Counted from the stretch's first letter, positions 26,358 to 36,080 are shown. The stretch: DNA of 64,000 nucleotides from Acidimicrobiia bacterium (GCA_022822265.1 JAJECA010000050.1:81075-145074); one strand, 5' to 3'. Program-made: numbers and translations. Notes: generated from the sequence alone by a model not told the origin.

Positions 26358-28022
26358 GTGGCTGCTGCCTATGTGGCGGCGGGTTGGTGGGGGGATGAGA
26401 CTCCTACCGATCTGATCCGCCGCAACGCTGCCCAGCGACCTGACGATGTCGCCTACATCACGTGGAGCCGCTCGCTCGAGGAAGGCTCTTCGGGGAGCAT
26501 CGACCGCACCACTTGGGCGGGCTATGACCGGCTGTCGGATCGGGTAGCCACTGCGCTGTTGGCGGCGGGGCTGGATCGGGGCGACCGGGCGGCGGTGATC
26601 TTGCCGGATGGGGCAGCTGTCCATGCTGCGTTCACGGGGGCCGACAAGGCGGGGGTTGTGGTAATGGGGATCGGCCATCGGGCTGGGCCGGCGGAGATCG
26701 CCCATTTGGTAGAGAAATCCGGGGCTCGGGCTGTTGTCACCGGTGCGGAGCTTCGAGGGCAACTGGCGGCCGACGCAGTGGCTGAATTGCGGCAAAACCT
26801 GCCCGACCTCAGCCACCACATCTCCATCGAAGGCCCCGGCCAGGACGCGGCCATCGCTCTCGACGGCGAGGATGCCCCCAAACCGGAGTCGGTGGCCGGA
26901 TTCGCCGATGCCATCGAGCAGCGCCGTCTTGGGGCCTCGGAGCTGTGCTTGCTGAACTCCACCTCGGGCACCACCGGGCTGCCCAAGTGCGTGATGCAGA
27001 CGCACAATCGGTGGTTCTACTTCCACCAGAAGGCTGTGGAGTACAGCGGCCTGGGGTCCGACGAGGTGTTTTGCGTGCCGGTGCCTGCCCCGTTCGGCTT
27101 CGGATTGTGGACCGCCCACTACACCCCCACCATCTTGGGGGTTCCCACCGTGCTGATGGCCGACTTCGACGCCGCCGCGCTGATCCGCCTCATCGAGGCC
27201 GAGCGGGTGACCGTGCTGTGCGCGGTGACCACCCAGTTCATCATGATGCTCAACTCGCCGGTGTTCGACGACCACGATCTGTCTTCGCTGCGGCTGATGT
27301 TCACTGGCGGCGAGGCCATCCCCTATCAGCGGGCATCCGAGTTCGAGGATCGCACCGGCTGCACGGTGTTGAACTTCTACGGCTCCAACGAGACCGGGAT
27401 GCTGAGCGGCACCCGCCTGAGCGACCCCCGGTCGGCCCGGCTGCGCTCCGGGGGCAAGTGCGAGCCCGAGATGGACTGTGCCCTTTACGACCCCGACGAC
27501 GGCTCCCTCCTTCCCGAGCTGCGAGGCCGGGGGCAGCCCGCCTGCCGGGGTCCGGCCACCGCCTTGGGCTACTACGACGATGCCAAGGCCAACACCGAGC
27601 TGATGACCGACGACGGCCGGATGCTGATGGGCGACATCGTGGAGATCGACGACGACGGCTACCTGCGGGTGGTGGGACGCACGTCGGACTTCATCATCCG
27701 CGGGGGCAAGAACATCAGCGCCCCCGCGGTGGAAGACGAGGTGATGGCCCACCCGGCGGTGGCCATGGTGGCCGCGGTGGCCGCCCCCGACCCGGTGTTC
27801 GGCGAACGAGTGGCCGTCTACGTGGAGCTGGTGCCCGGAACCAGTCTGGACCTCGATGGGCTCCGGGAGCACCTCGTCGCCCGAGGGGTGTCGCGGGAGT
27901 GGTGGCCCGAGCACCTGTTCGTGGTCGACGCGCTGCCCCGGTCCTCGGGAGGCAAAGTGGCCAAGGGCCAGCTCAAAAGCGACGCCGCCGGCCGGCTCAG
28001 TGCCGAAGAGGGTCAGACTTAG
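26358..28022 (+). CDS. AMP-dependent acyl-CoA synthetase/ligase
   Basis: LNSTSGTTGLPKCV, YGSNETG, GDIVEIDDDGYLRVVGR and GGKNIS. Confidence 0.9.
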   Translation: MAAAYVAAGWWGDETPTDLIRRNAAQRPDDVAYITWSRSLEEGSSGSIDRTTWAGYDRLSDRVATALLAAGLDRGDRAAVILPDGAAVHAAFTGADKAGVVVMGIGHRAGPAEIAHLVEKSGARAVVTGAELRGQLAADAVAELRQNLPDLSHHISIEGPGQDAAIALDGEDAPKPESVAGFADAIEQRRLGASELCLLNSTSGTTGLPKCVMQTHNRWFYFHQKAVEYSGLGSDEVFCVPVPAPFGFGLWTAHYTPTILGVPTVLMADFDAAALIRLIEAERVTVLCAVTTQFIMMLNSPVFDDHDLSSLRLMFTGGEAIPYQRASEFEDRTGCTVLNFYGSNETGMLSGTRLSDPRSARLRSGGKCEPEMDCALYDPDDGSLLPELRGRGQPACRGPATALGYYDDAKANTELMTDDGRMLMGDIVEIDDDGYLRVVGRTSDFIIRGGKNISAPAVEDEVMAHPAVAMVAAVAAPDPVFGERVAVYVELVPGTSLDLDGLREHLVARGVSREWWPEHLFVVDALPRSSGGKVAKGQLKSDAAGRLSAEEGQT

Positions 28023-28501
28023 CGCTGGGTCAGAACCATTGCCTGCCAGCGCCCGCTGAGCGGGAATTCCACAAGCTGGGCCATGGCGTCTACCAGGAAC
28101 TCCAGCGCCACCCGCGGGTCTTGGCCTTCGGGCAGCTCGTATACCAAGCCCCGCTTGATGTGGTCTTGACGGCGGTTCCAACCGTCGGGCTCGGTCACCC
28201 CTCGCTCCTCCAGGAGCTTGGCGGCGTACCGTCCCCCGGCGTGCTGCAGGCCCACTGAGGCGGGCTGCCACTTGTCCCGGTGATGGTGGCCCGGCACCCA
28301 GGTGCCCAGCGGGACGGCAGGTCCCTTTGCCGTGAACAACTTGAATATCGGCGACTCGGGAGGCCGATCCTCGTCAGCCACCAGCGGCTGCACGTTTATC
28401 CAGCCTGAGCCGTCGCCCCGGGCGGCCAGGGTCAGCATCTCGTGGACCACTTCCTCCAGGGCCAACCGCTCAAACCGGATAGGCCGCTTATCCAGCGCCA
28501 T
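28019..28501 (-). CDS. Hypothetical protein
   Basis: 160-aa ORF with normal codon usage, convergent with the acyl-CoA synthetase. No motif recognised. Confidence 0.45.
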   Translation of the reverse strand: MALDKRPIRFERLALEEVVHEMLTLAARGDGSGWINVQPLVADEDRPPESPIFKLFTAKGPAVPLGTWVPGHHHRDKWQPASVGLQHAGGRYAAKLLEERGVTEPDGWNRRQDHIKRGLVYELPEGQDPRVALEFLVDAMAQLVEFPLSGRWQAMVLTQR

Positions 28502-28543
28502 TTCCGCTCCGAGATTGCGAAGTGGTGTCAGCCCAGACGGATA

Positions 28544-29083
28544 TCACTCTCGAGGCTCCCCCATTAGCCCTCGGCGGGTGTATGTGATGTCGGAGCGGTC
28601 CCGGTAGCCGATGGTGAAGTCGTCGTCGTAGGGGAACGAGTAATTCAGCACCAGGGTGTAGCGCCACTCGAATGCGCATATCCGGGTGGCGATCAGCCAG
28701 GGACCGCCGTCGCGCCGCTCGAAGCGGTCCACGTAGCGCAGTCCCATGCGCATATCGGAGCCCGGTCCTTCCTCGGTGGGGTGCACCACGTGGTGGGCGT
28801 TGCAGTACGTCTCCACGAAGGCCACATCGCCCTCAAGCTGGATGCGGGACTGGCCCAACAGGTGCTGGGTGTAGTCGAAGTGCACCAGCACCTCCAGCAC
28901 CCAGTCGGCAAACTCTGTCGGACTGCCCCGGAAGTTGTTGTGGTCGTCGAAGCCGTCTGGGTGATAACCGGAGACGATCAGCTCCTTGTCGAGCCGGTCG
29001 GTGCCCCGGGCCACCCGGTGGATGGTGTCGGTGATCTCGTCCTTGTCCAGCAGCGCTTGGAGCCGGAGATCTACGTCAGCCAT
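28544..29083 (-). CDS. SnoaL-like / NTF2-fold protein
   Basis: LLDKDEITDTIHRVARGTDRLD..., and a size and pattern typical of SnoaL_4 proteins. Confidence 0.65.
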   Translation of the reverse strand: MADVDLRLQALLDKDEITDTIHRVARGTDRLDKELIVSGYHPDGFDDHNNFRGSPTEFADWVLEVLVHFDYTQHLLGQSRIQLEGDVAFVETYCNAHHVVHPTEEGPGSDMRMGLRYVDRFERRDGGPWLIATRICAFEWRYTLVLNYSFPYDDDFTIGYRDRSDITYTRRGLMGEPRE

Positions 29084-30044
29084 CCCCTACCCCGATCATC
29101 ACCGCGGATAGGGTGAACGGGCCGTCGCCGGTATTCCGCCAGGCGTGCTCGGTTCCCCGTTGGATCACACAGTCGCCTGCGGTGAGATGCGTCGGCGGCT
29201 GGCCGGGCAACTCCAGGTCCACCGTGCCCTGGGCGATCCGCACGAAGTCGATGGTGGGCGTTTGGTGCATCAACGCGGCCTGGTCGGCCATCGACGCCGG
29301 GATGGTGACCTGCTTCCAGGTGACCCCTCCGCCGGGCGGGTTCAGCTGCATCTCCGACTGGGGAGCGTCGCCGCCCTGGAACTCGCTGACCACGGGGGCG
29401 AACGTGTGCCACAGCTCAGCGGTCAGCAGACCGCCGTCGGACTGTGACGCGGTGGCCGGGGGGCCGTCGGCGCACACGCCGTCGCCGTCGGTCACGATCC
29501 TGCGAGGACCGACGGTACCAACGGATGCCCCGGCGAAACCGGGATCCGCACCGTCGCCCACTCCCAGCATGCCTACTCCCAACATTGTCGCGCTGAACGT
29601 GCAGGGCTCGTCGCCGATCACGATCCACCGATGCCACGTGCCCCGCTGAATGACACAGTCACCGGCGGCCAACTCCACCCAATGCTCGTTCAATTCCAAT
29701 CGGATCTGCCCCGAGATGATCTCGATGAAGTCGATGGTGGGGGTGGCATGAAAGCCGACCCGGTCTTGGTCGAATCGGGGGTCATCGAGCGGGCCGATCG
29801 CCTTGCCGCCCGAAGGCTTCAACGTGAAAAACCGCCACGAAATACCACCGGGCGGGGGAACAAAATCGGTCATGCCGTCCGGCTCCTCCCCGCCGTCATC
29901 CACCGTGGCGGGACGCTGTCCGACGTACCACATGCTGGCCGTGCTCCGCCCCAAGAAGCTTGACGGTGCCTGCCCGTCCGAGATGATGACCGGTGCCCCG
30001 CTGTCGTCGTGCCCGGTTACGACTTGCCGCCATGTAAATGCCAT
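29076..30044 (-). CDS. Bicupin protein
   Basis: Internal duplication: TPTIDFIEIISGQIRLEL...AGDCVIQRGTWHRW against TPTIDFVRIAQGTVDLEL...AGDCVIQRGTEHAW. Start is ATG at 30044; the ORF extension to 30266 overlaps the divergent ETF gene. Confidence 0.7.
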   Translation of the reverse strand: MAFTWRQVVTGHDDSGAPVIISDGQAPSSFLGRSTASMWYVGQRPATVDDGGEEPDGMTDFVPPPGGISWRFFTLKPSGGKAIGPLDDPRFDQDRVGFHATPTIDFIEIISGQIRLELNEHWVELAAGDCVIQRGTWHRWIVIGDEPCTFSATMLGVGMLGVGDGADPGFAGASVGTVGPRRIVTDGDGVCADGPPATASQSDGGLLTAELWHTFAPVVSEFQGGDAPQSEMQLNPPGGGVTWKQVTIPASMADQAALMHQTPTIDFVRIAQGTVDLELPGQPPTHLTAGDCVIQRGTEHAWRNTGDGPFTLSAVMIGVGDG

Positions 30045-30126
30045 CCGGCAACCGTAGCCACCTGTTGCCGCGCCGAACATCGCCCAACCCGAAATAGACA
30101 CTTCGCGCTCGGTAGCCTCGGAGCAG

Positions 30127-31965
30127 ATGTTTGACCCGCCCGATGACGTGATTGCACCGGATCGTCCCCTGCGAGTGGCTGTATTGGTCAAACAGATCCC
30201 GGTGTTCGAGGACATGGTTCTCGGGCCCGACGGCCGCATGGTGCGAGACGGCATCGATATGCACATGAACGACTACTGCCGCCGCGCCGTGGCCAAGGGC
30301 ACCGAGGTGGCCCGAGCCAGCGGGGGCACGGTGACCGTGTTGACGCTGGGACCGCCGTCGGCCGAGAACGTGTGTCGGGAGGCCCTCCTATTCGGGGTGG
30401 ACGCCGGGGTCCATATCTGCGATCCGGAGTTCGCCGGATCTGACACTTGGGCAACTGCCAAGGCGCTGGCCGCCGCCTTGGAGCGGTTTGGACCGTTCGA
30501 TCTGGTGATGATGGGACGCAACTCGGTGGACTCCGACACCGGCCAGGTACCACCGCAGCTGGCCGAGCTGATGGGCTTGCCGTTCGCCACCGGGGTTAGG
30601 CACTTCTCCCTTCACGGCGACCGCTTGGAGCTGCGATTGGAACACGACGACGAGTGGGTGGATGTAGAAGTGCAATTGCCCGCGGTGGTGTCGTGCGCCG
30701 AGCGATTGTGCGACCCCTGCAAGATCAAGGACCCTGATGCTTGGGCCACGGTGGACAGCTCCCACATCCAGACGGTGAGTGCCGCCGACTTGGGTCCCGG
30801 TCCGTGGGGTCAGGAGGCCAGCCCCACTACGGTCGGGCCAGTTCAGATGATCGACGTGGAGCGCGGCCGCCAGATGATGACCGGCACGTTGGAGGAGCAG
30901 ATCGATCAGGCAGTGGCCATCCTGGCCGAAAAGGGGGCGCTGGCCTCTGGCTCGAGTGTCGAGCCTCCTCTGGTTCCCGGGCGGGTTTTGGCTGGTGACG
31001 ATGGTCCCGCCATTGCCGTGCTGGTGGAGCCCGGACGCGAGCGGGTGAACCGGGAGCTCTTGGGAGCCGCCGCCGATCTGGCCGCAGAGATCGGCGGTTG
31101 GGTGGCCGCCCTCGGTCCCGGCCTGGACGACCTCGACGAGGATCTGGGCCCATGGGGAGCCGATGAGCGGATCGACATCTCAGATGGCGATAGCAGCGAT
31201 TCGCTGGTCGAGGAAGACCTGGCCGCGGCCATGACCGGCTGGGCGGCCGAGACCCAGCCATGGGCCGTTCTGGCACCGGGCACTGCTTGGGGTCGTGAAG
31301 TGGCATCTCGGATGGCGGCCACGCTGAGCGCGGGACTCACCGGCGACGCCGTCGGGCTGAAGGTGGACGACGCTGGAAAGCTGATCGCCATGAAGCCGGC
31401 CTTTGGCGGATGGCTGGTGGCCGAGATCCTCTGCGCTTCTCCCATCCAGATGGCCACGGTGCGCCCTGGGGTGCTGCCCTTCCCCCGGCCCAATCCCGAC
31501 CGCCCACCGGCCCGCCGATTGTCGCTGAAGTCTCCCGGCCAGAGCCGCCTGGAGATCATCCGGCGCTACCGGGACGACGACAGCGACGAGCTGGCCAACG
31601 CCTCGGTGGTGATCGGCGTGGGCCAAGGGGTCGACCCGGCCGACTATCCCAATCTGGAGAAGCACCAGGCCGCCATCGGGGCCGCCCTGTGCGCTACGCG
31701 CAAGGTCACCGACTACGGCTGGATGCCCCGAGCCCGTCAAGTGGGCATCACCGGCCACAGCATCAGCCCGCGGCTCTATTTCGCTATCGGCATGAGCGGG
31801 AAGTTCAACCACACCGTGGGCGTCCGCAACGCCGGCACGGTGGTGGGGATCAACCCCGACCCTGACGCTCCCCTATGGGAGATCGTGGATATCGGCTTCG
31901 TGGGCGACTGGGCCGAAGTGTTCGACGCGCTCATTCCCCGTCTCGCCGAAGCCCAGGCCGGCTGA
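30127..31965 (+). CDS. Fused electron-transfer flavoprotein, beta (EtfB/FixA) then alpha (EtfA/FixB), in one polypeptide
   Basis: The N-terminal half reads VLVKQIP...LTLGP...DLVMMGRNSVDSDTGQVPPQLAE (beta). The C-terminal half reads PRLYFAIGMSGKFNHTVG...VGINPDPDAP (alpha FAD-binding region). Confidence 0.8.
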   Translation: MFDPPDDVIAPDRPLRVAVLVKQIPVFEDMVLGPDGRMVRDGIDMHMNDYCRRAVAKGTEVARASGGTVTVLTLGPPSAENVCREALLFGVDAGVHICDPEFAGSDTWATAKALAAALERFGPFDLVMMGRNSVDSDTGQVPPQLAELMGLPFATGVRHFSLHGDRLELRLEHDDEWVDVEVQLPAVVSCAERLCDPCKIKDPDAWATVDSSHIQTVSAADLGPGPWGQEASPTTVGPVQMIDVERGRQMMTGTLEEQIDQAVAILAEKGALASGSSVEPPLVPGRVLAGDDGPAIAVLVEPGRERVNRELLGAAADLAAEIGGWVAALGPGLDDLDEDLGPWGADERIDISDGDSSDSLVEEDLAAAMTGWAAETQPWAVLAPGTAWGREVASRMAATLSAGLTGDAVGLKVDDAGKLIAMKPAFGGWLVAEILCASPIQMATVRPGVLPFPRPNPDRPPARRLSLKSPGQSRLEIIRRYRDDDSDELANASVVIGVGQGVDPADYPNLEKHQAAIGAALCATRKVTDYGWMPRARQVGITGHSISPRLYFAIGMSGKFNHTVGVRNAGTVVGINPDPDAPLWEIVDIGFVGDWAEVFDALIPRLAEAQAG

Positions 31966-31976
31966 CCCGCTCGCTG

Positions 31977-32786
31977 ATGGGCGCTGACGAGGCTCCGTCG
32001 GCTGCTGCTGAGAGTTGGTTCAAGAGGGCCGTTTCTCTGGCCAAGCAGTCCTCGTCGTGCTGGCGGGAGGGCGAAGGCGGCACCGGAGCGGCCGAGATCG
32101 CCTTCTGGTCGGCGGTATCGCTGTTTCCGGCCGCAGTGGCCGCCGCAGCCATCGCCTCCACAGTTCGGACAGTGTCTGATCGAATCGCCGACCGGTTCAA
32201 CGAGTGGCTGGCCGACGCAGGCCAGACCGCGCTGAGCGACGTTGACAGCACCATTGGCGAGGAGTTCGCTGATGTGGTCTCCGCTCCCCCGGCAGCCACG
32301 TCCATCGCCGCGGTGGTCGCAGTGTGGGGCACCATGCGGGCCGCGGCTGCTGCCTGTCGAGCCGTCCGCCGAGTGCGGGGCGCCCCCCGCCGGTCGTGGT
32401 GGCTGGAACGGTTCACCGGATTTTGGCTGCTGGTGGGCGCGCTTCCCCTGATCGCCGGACCCACCGCCATTGCGGTGTGGGTCGACCCCCGGCTGGCCCC
32501 AGTGGTCGGCTTCGTCTCGGCATTAGCAGTGTTCTCCCTGGTGCAGAAGATGGCCTGCCCCCACCAGCCATTGCGCCATCACCTAATCGGCGGCTTGGTG
32601 TCGGCCCTCTGGTTCTCAGTGGTATCGGCCATCGCCGCAGTAGCCGTGAACTGGACCGTAGGAGGCACCGCCATCACCGTGGCCACCGCCGGTACCCTGG
32701 CTGCCCTCAGCTGGCTATGGGCCGCCGCCTGCGGCGTCACCGCCGGCGCCGCAGTCGCCGGCGCCCTCGACCAGCGCAACACCTAG
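31977..32786 (+). CDS. YihY/BrkB-family membrane protein
   Basis: AAEIAFWSAVSLFPA motif and multiple TM helices. ATG at 31977 lies just after the ETF stop. Confidence 0.6.
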   Translation: MGADEAPSAAAESWFKRAVSLAKQSSSCWREGEGGTGAAEIAFWSAVSLFPAAVAAAAIASTVRTVSDRIADRFNEWLADAGQTALSDVDSTIGEEFADVVSAPPAATSIAAVVAVWGTMRAAAAACRAVRRVRGAPRRSWWLERFTGFWLLVGALPLIAGPTAIAVWVDPRLAPVVGFVSALAVFSLVQKMACPHQPLRHHLIGGLVSALWFSVVSAIAAVAVNWTVGGTAITVATAGTLAALSWLWAAACGVTAGAAVAGALDQRNT

Positions 32787-32814
32787 TCGCCGCCCAGAAA
32801 GAAGACCTCTCGAT

Positions 32815-33075
32815 CTATTTCAGGGGATCGATCTTGCCCAAGGGCTCCAAGCGCCTTGCCCGCTCCCAAGCCTCCTGAAGCTCTCCGCGATGTTGAGCTC
32901 CCCACTCGACAACTAGGCCTTGCGCACGCGGTGGAAGACGGCCTTCAAGCACTGCCAGGGTGTCGATATCGATCAGTGCCTCATCGCCTCCGTAGAGGGC
33001 ATGGAAGTGAGGCGGCCCATGGTCATCGAAGTACATGCGGATGATGATCCCGAAGAACCGGCAGAGCTCAGGCAT
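32815..33075 (-). CDS. DUF4160 domain protein
   Basis: FFGIIIRMYFDDHGPPHFHA is the hallmark DUF4160 N-terminus. Confidence 0.8.
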   Translation of the reverse strand: MPELCRFFGIIIRMYFDDHGPPHFHALYGGDEALIDIDTLAVLEGRLPPRAQGLVVEWGAQHRGELQEAWERARRLEPLGKIDPLK

Positions 33076-33370
33076 CCACAGAAGCGTCCATCACGCCCGG
33101 GAAGACCTCCTCAACCGACTTGCCGGTAAGCCTCATGTAGAGAGCATCCGGACAAAGCTCGATCTCTTCTCCCCAGGCGACCCCTCCATCTGCAGCAATT
33201 CGCACCGCCTCAAAGCAAGCTCGACTTTCCCACGCCTGAAACACGCCTCGGCCAGCCAGATCCGACAGATCAACCTCGCCAGCTACCCCATTGGGGTATC
33301 GAAGCCAGACTCGATATCCCTCTCGGGGTGCCACTTCTATCGGGCGGTTCAAATTACTTGTGCTTTCCAT
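33068..33370 (-). CDS. DUF2442 domain protein
   Basis: VAPREGYRVWLRYPNGVAGEVDLS...WGEEIELCPDALY is typical of DUF2442. It overlaps the DUF4160 gene by 8 nt. Confidence 0.7.
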   Translation of the reverse strand: MESTSNLNRPIEVAPREGYRVWLRYPNGVAGEVDLSDLAGRGVFQAWESRACFEAVRIAADGGVAWGEEIELCPDALYMRLTGKSVEEVFPGVMDASVDA

Positions 33371-33516
33371 ACGCTCAGAGCCTCAGCACTCGCGATCGGC
33401 CTTACCTGCTTGTCCAAACTACCGGACTCCACGCCCAACACCCCACCACATTCGGCCAACATGCAACTTCGCGCACCGCGTGCGACCAGTTGCCATGGGT
33501 GAAGTACGGTCGGGTC

Positions 33517-33858
33517 ATGTCTGAACCTCGCCAGCCCGATGTGCTCAGCCGACTGCCTATTCCTCAGGAAGTCCGAGATGACGTGATGGAGATGTTGAGG
33601 GTGGGCCCGTCGGCGGTGTGGGGTCGGCCGGTGCTGAGCCGCCGAGAGCGCAGTTTGGCCACAATCGCCATGATGACCGCTTTGGGCAACGAGTTCGCCA
33701 TCCGCGAGCACATCATCATGGGCTTGGACTCCTTCGGCCTGAGCCGTGAGGAGATCTGCGAGGTCATGATCCAAGCCGCCATTTACGCCGGCTTCCCCGC
33801 CGCAATGAAGGCTTTCGACATCGCCACCGACATCTTCGCCGAGCGCGACGCCACCTAA
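33517..33858 (+). CDS. Carboxymuconolactone decarboxylase (CMD/AhpD-like fold) family protein
   Basis: VWGRPVLSRRERSLATIAMMTALG...EICEVMIQAAIYAGFPAA. Confidence 0.75.
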   Translation: MSEPRQPDVLSRLPIPQEVRDDVMEMLRVGPSAVWGRPVLSRRERSLATIAMMTALGNEFAIREHIIMGLDSFGLSREEICEVMIQAAIYAGFPAAMKAFDIATDIFAERDAT

Positions 33859-33879
33859 TGAGCCGCCGCTTCTGTCGGG

Positions 33880-34200
33880 TCAGCTGAGGCCGATGGCCAG
33901 GATTGAGCCCCAGATAGTCACGGCGAATCCGATCAAGGTAAACACCATTGTGCGAGTTTGCTGGGCGAACATCTGCTTCATCTCGCCCCGCAGATTCGTG
34001 AACTCGGCCTGGGCCCATTCCTTGAGGGCCCTGATGTCGTCTTTAGTGGCTCTGATGTCGTCTTTAGTGGCTAGGTTGTACCAATAGGTGGGGGGAAGGC
34101 TCTCCATGAGTGTTCTCGCCTCCTCCTCTCCTAGGACTTCGGTTAGACGCTGCATCAGCGCTAGGCGCCGATCCTCGCCAATGGGCTCACTCACAGGCAT
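33880..34200 (-). CDS. Small coiled-coil protein with C-terminal TM helix (DUF1640/CCDC90-like)
   Basis: LATKDDIRATKDDIRALKEWAQAEFTNLRGEM, then TMVFTLIGFAVTIWGSILAIGL. Confidence 0.55.
   Translation of the reverse strand: MPVSEPIGEDRRLALMQRLTEVLGEEEARTLMESLPPTYWYNLATKDDIRATKDDIRALKEWAQAEFTNLRGEMKQMFAQQTRTMVFTLIGFAVTIWGSILAIGLS
34030..34071 (-). repeat. 2 x 21-nt perfect tandem repeat (one heptad, ATKDDIR, duplicated)
   Basis: ctgatgtcgtctttagtggc occurs at 34031-34050 and 34052-34071. Confidence 0.95.
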
Positions 34201-34317
34201 ATCCTGCCCCCTCAGATTCTGTGTCTCTTTGGAGGGGGACCGCTTCCACTGTCCCCGAGTGATGACTCGACCCTACCGAGCATCAGATTGTTTTACAACC
34301 ACCTACTTTGGTGCTTG

Positions 34318-35175
34318 CTACGACTTGACGGTGAATACCCAGCGGCCGTCGGCGTTAGATAGGTGGCCGCAGCTGGGGCCGGCGAAGTGGGTGCCGAATA
34401 TGAGGATGCCGGAGTCGGCATAGCGGTCGCGGAAGGTTCTGCGGGTCTCGGAGGCTCTGGGCGGGTCGTCGTCGGCAGTCATCACCCAATCGGGGGCGGA
34501 GAACTGGACGGGGTGGTGGACTAGGTCGCCGGTGATCACGGCCTCTTGGCCCGCCGATGAGATGCGCACGCTTACGTGGCCGGGGCTGTGGCCCGGTGAG
34601 GGCTCCAGGCTGATCTCGCCGGTGACTTGGTGGTCGCTATCCACCAGGTCGGCCAAGCCGGCGTCTAGCACAGGGCGCACAGCATCGCCGAAGGTGATCG
34701 CCGCTCCTTCGGCGCCGGAGTCCCAGTATTCGTACTCGGTGCGACCGAACAGGTAGCGGGCGTTGGGGAAGGTGGGCACCCACTCCCCGTCCACCAAGAT
34801 CGTGTTCCATCCCACGTGGTCGAAATGCAAGTGGGTACACAACACGATGTCGATGTCGTCGGGCTCGTAGCCTGCGGCGGCCAGCTCATCGAGAAATCCT
34901 TCGCCCAAATGGCTCATCTCGGGGACCATCTCGATGGGGCGGTTGCCGATGCAGGTGTCCACCATGATGGTCTGGCCCTCCGACTCCAGCACCAGGGCAT
35001 GGATAGACAGCGGCATGTTCCCCTCGTCGTCCAGGAAATAGGGCCGCAGCCAGTCGGCGTTGGCCTCGAACACCGCCATGTCGGGTTCCACATACATTCC
35101 CTCGGCCGGTACCGGTTGCAGGGTCTCCCGCACCAGCATGACCTTCACGTTGCCGACCTGTGTGACTAGCGCCAT
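34318..35175 (-). CDS. MBL-fold metallo-hydrolase
   Basis: The LCTHLHFDHVGWN motif (HxHxDH) and downstream His/Asp ligands. Confidence 0.85.
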   Translation of the reverse strand: MALVTQVGNVKVMLVRETLQPVPAEGMYVEPDMAVFEANADWLRPYFLDDEGNMPLSIHALVLESEGQTIMVDTCIGNRPIEMVPEMSHLGEGFLDELAAAGYEPDDIDIVLCTHLHFDHVGWNTILVDGEWVPTFPNARYLFGRTEYEYWDSGAEGAAITFGDAVRPVLDAGLADLVDSDHQVTGEISLEPSPGHSPGHVSVRISSAGQEAVITGDLVHHPVQFSAPDWVMTADDDPPRASETRRTFRDRYADSGILIFGTHFAGPSCGHLSNADGRWVFTVKS

Positions 35176-35177
35176 GG

Positions 35178-36080
35178 CTATCCTCCGATCTTGTCCAAAA
35201 CTTCTGTGTGATAACGGCCGACGAAGCGCCGGATGTCGTCTATGTCGGTGCTACCCGATTCGGCAGCCGAGACGATGAGCCGGTCGAGGCCCGACTCGGC
35301 GTACTTCTCGATGAGGCCCAAGTCGAACGACCCGCCCCGCTGATAGCTGCCCGGCCACACCGTCATCTCGATGGCGTCGGGGTCCCGGCCGTGCTCGATG
35401 GCCGTGGCCCGGATGGTGGCCACCCGGTCGGCATAATCCTCCGGCGAGATCACATAAGGGTAGAACCCGTCGCCCAGCTTTCCGGCTCGCCGGGCCGCCC
35501 GGCCGGTGCTGCCCCCGATGACGATGGGCGGGCCGCCGGGCTGGGTCGGGTTGGGCAGGCTCTCGCACTCAGTGAAACTCACGGCATTGCTTTCGTACGT
35601 GCGGTAGCCGGGCGCCCATAGCTCCCGCAGGGCGCCGATGCACTCGTCGAGCCGCTCGCCCCGGCCCTCATAGGGCACCCCGCAGGCGGCGTACTCCTCG
35701 ATCTGCCAGCCGCTGCCCACTCCGAGGATCACCCGCCCACCGCTGAGGGCATCAAGAGTGGCCACCCGCTTGGCCATCACCGCCGGCGGGTGCAAGGGAA
35801 GCACCACCACCCCGGTGCCCAACCTCACTCGCTCGGTGACCGAGGCCATGAACGCCAGCATCTCCAGCGGGTCGGGCATCACCACGCCGGGGGCGCCTGG
35901 CATGCGTCCCGACTCCGAGTACGAATAGCGGGGCTCGTAGTTGTTGGCCACCACAACGTGCTCCACCGTCCAGATCGACTCCACTCCCTCTTCGTCCATC
36001 GCCTGGGCGAACTGGGTGATCCAGCGGGCGTCGGTGACTACCGACTCGTGCATGTGGGGAAGGACTCCAAGGCTGACCAT
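35178..36080 (-). CDS. LLM-class (luciferase-like) F420-dependent oxidoreductase
   Basis: ESIWTVEHVV..., LDALSGGRVILGVGSGW. Start is ATG at 36080; the ORF extends to 36122. Confidence 0.8.
   Translation of the reverse strand: MVSLGVLPHMHESVVTDARWITQFAQAMDEEGVESIWTVEHVVVANNYEPRYSYSESGRMPGAPGVVMPDPLEMLAFMASVTERVRLGTGVVVLPLHPPAVMAKRVATLDALSGGRVILGVGSGWQIEEYAACGVPYEGRGERLDECIGALRELWAPGYRTYESNAVSFTECESLPNPTQPGGPPIVIGGSTGRAARRAGKLGDGFYPYVISPEDYADRVATIRATAIEHGRDPDAIEMTVWPGSYQRGGSFDLGLIEKYAESGLDRLIVSAAESGSTDIDDIRRFVGRYHTEVLDKIGG

Noticed and set aside
25929-28271. 780-aa ORF on the minus strand, the longest in that region.
   Set aside because: It runs antisense to a well-supported acyl-CoA synthetase. 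Its Arg/Gly/Pro/His-rich, low-complexity translation is typical of shadow ORFs in high-GC DNA, and no motifs were recognised.
28499-28546. The TGA stop of the SnoaL-like gene (28544-28546) is in frame with the downstream 28019..28501 ORF, so it was considered as a fourth selenocysteine site.
   Set aside because: The TGA falls at the natural C-terminus of the SnoaL fold, not at a redox or Cys motif (…GEPRE*YPSGL…). The 14 linking codons look non-coding, and I saw no convincing hairpin.
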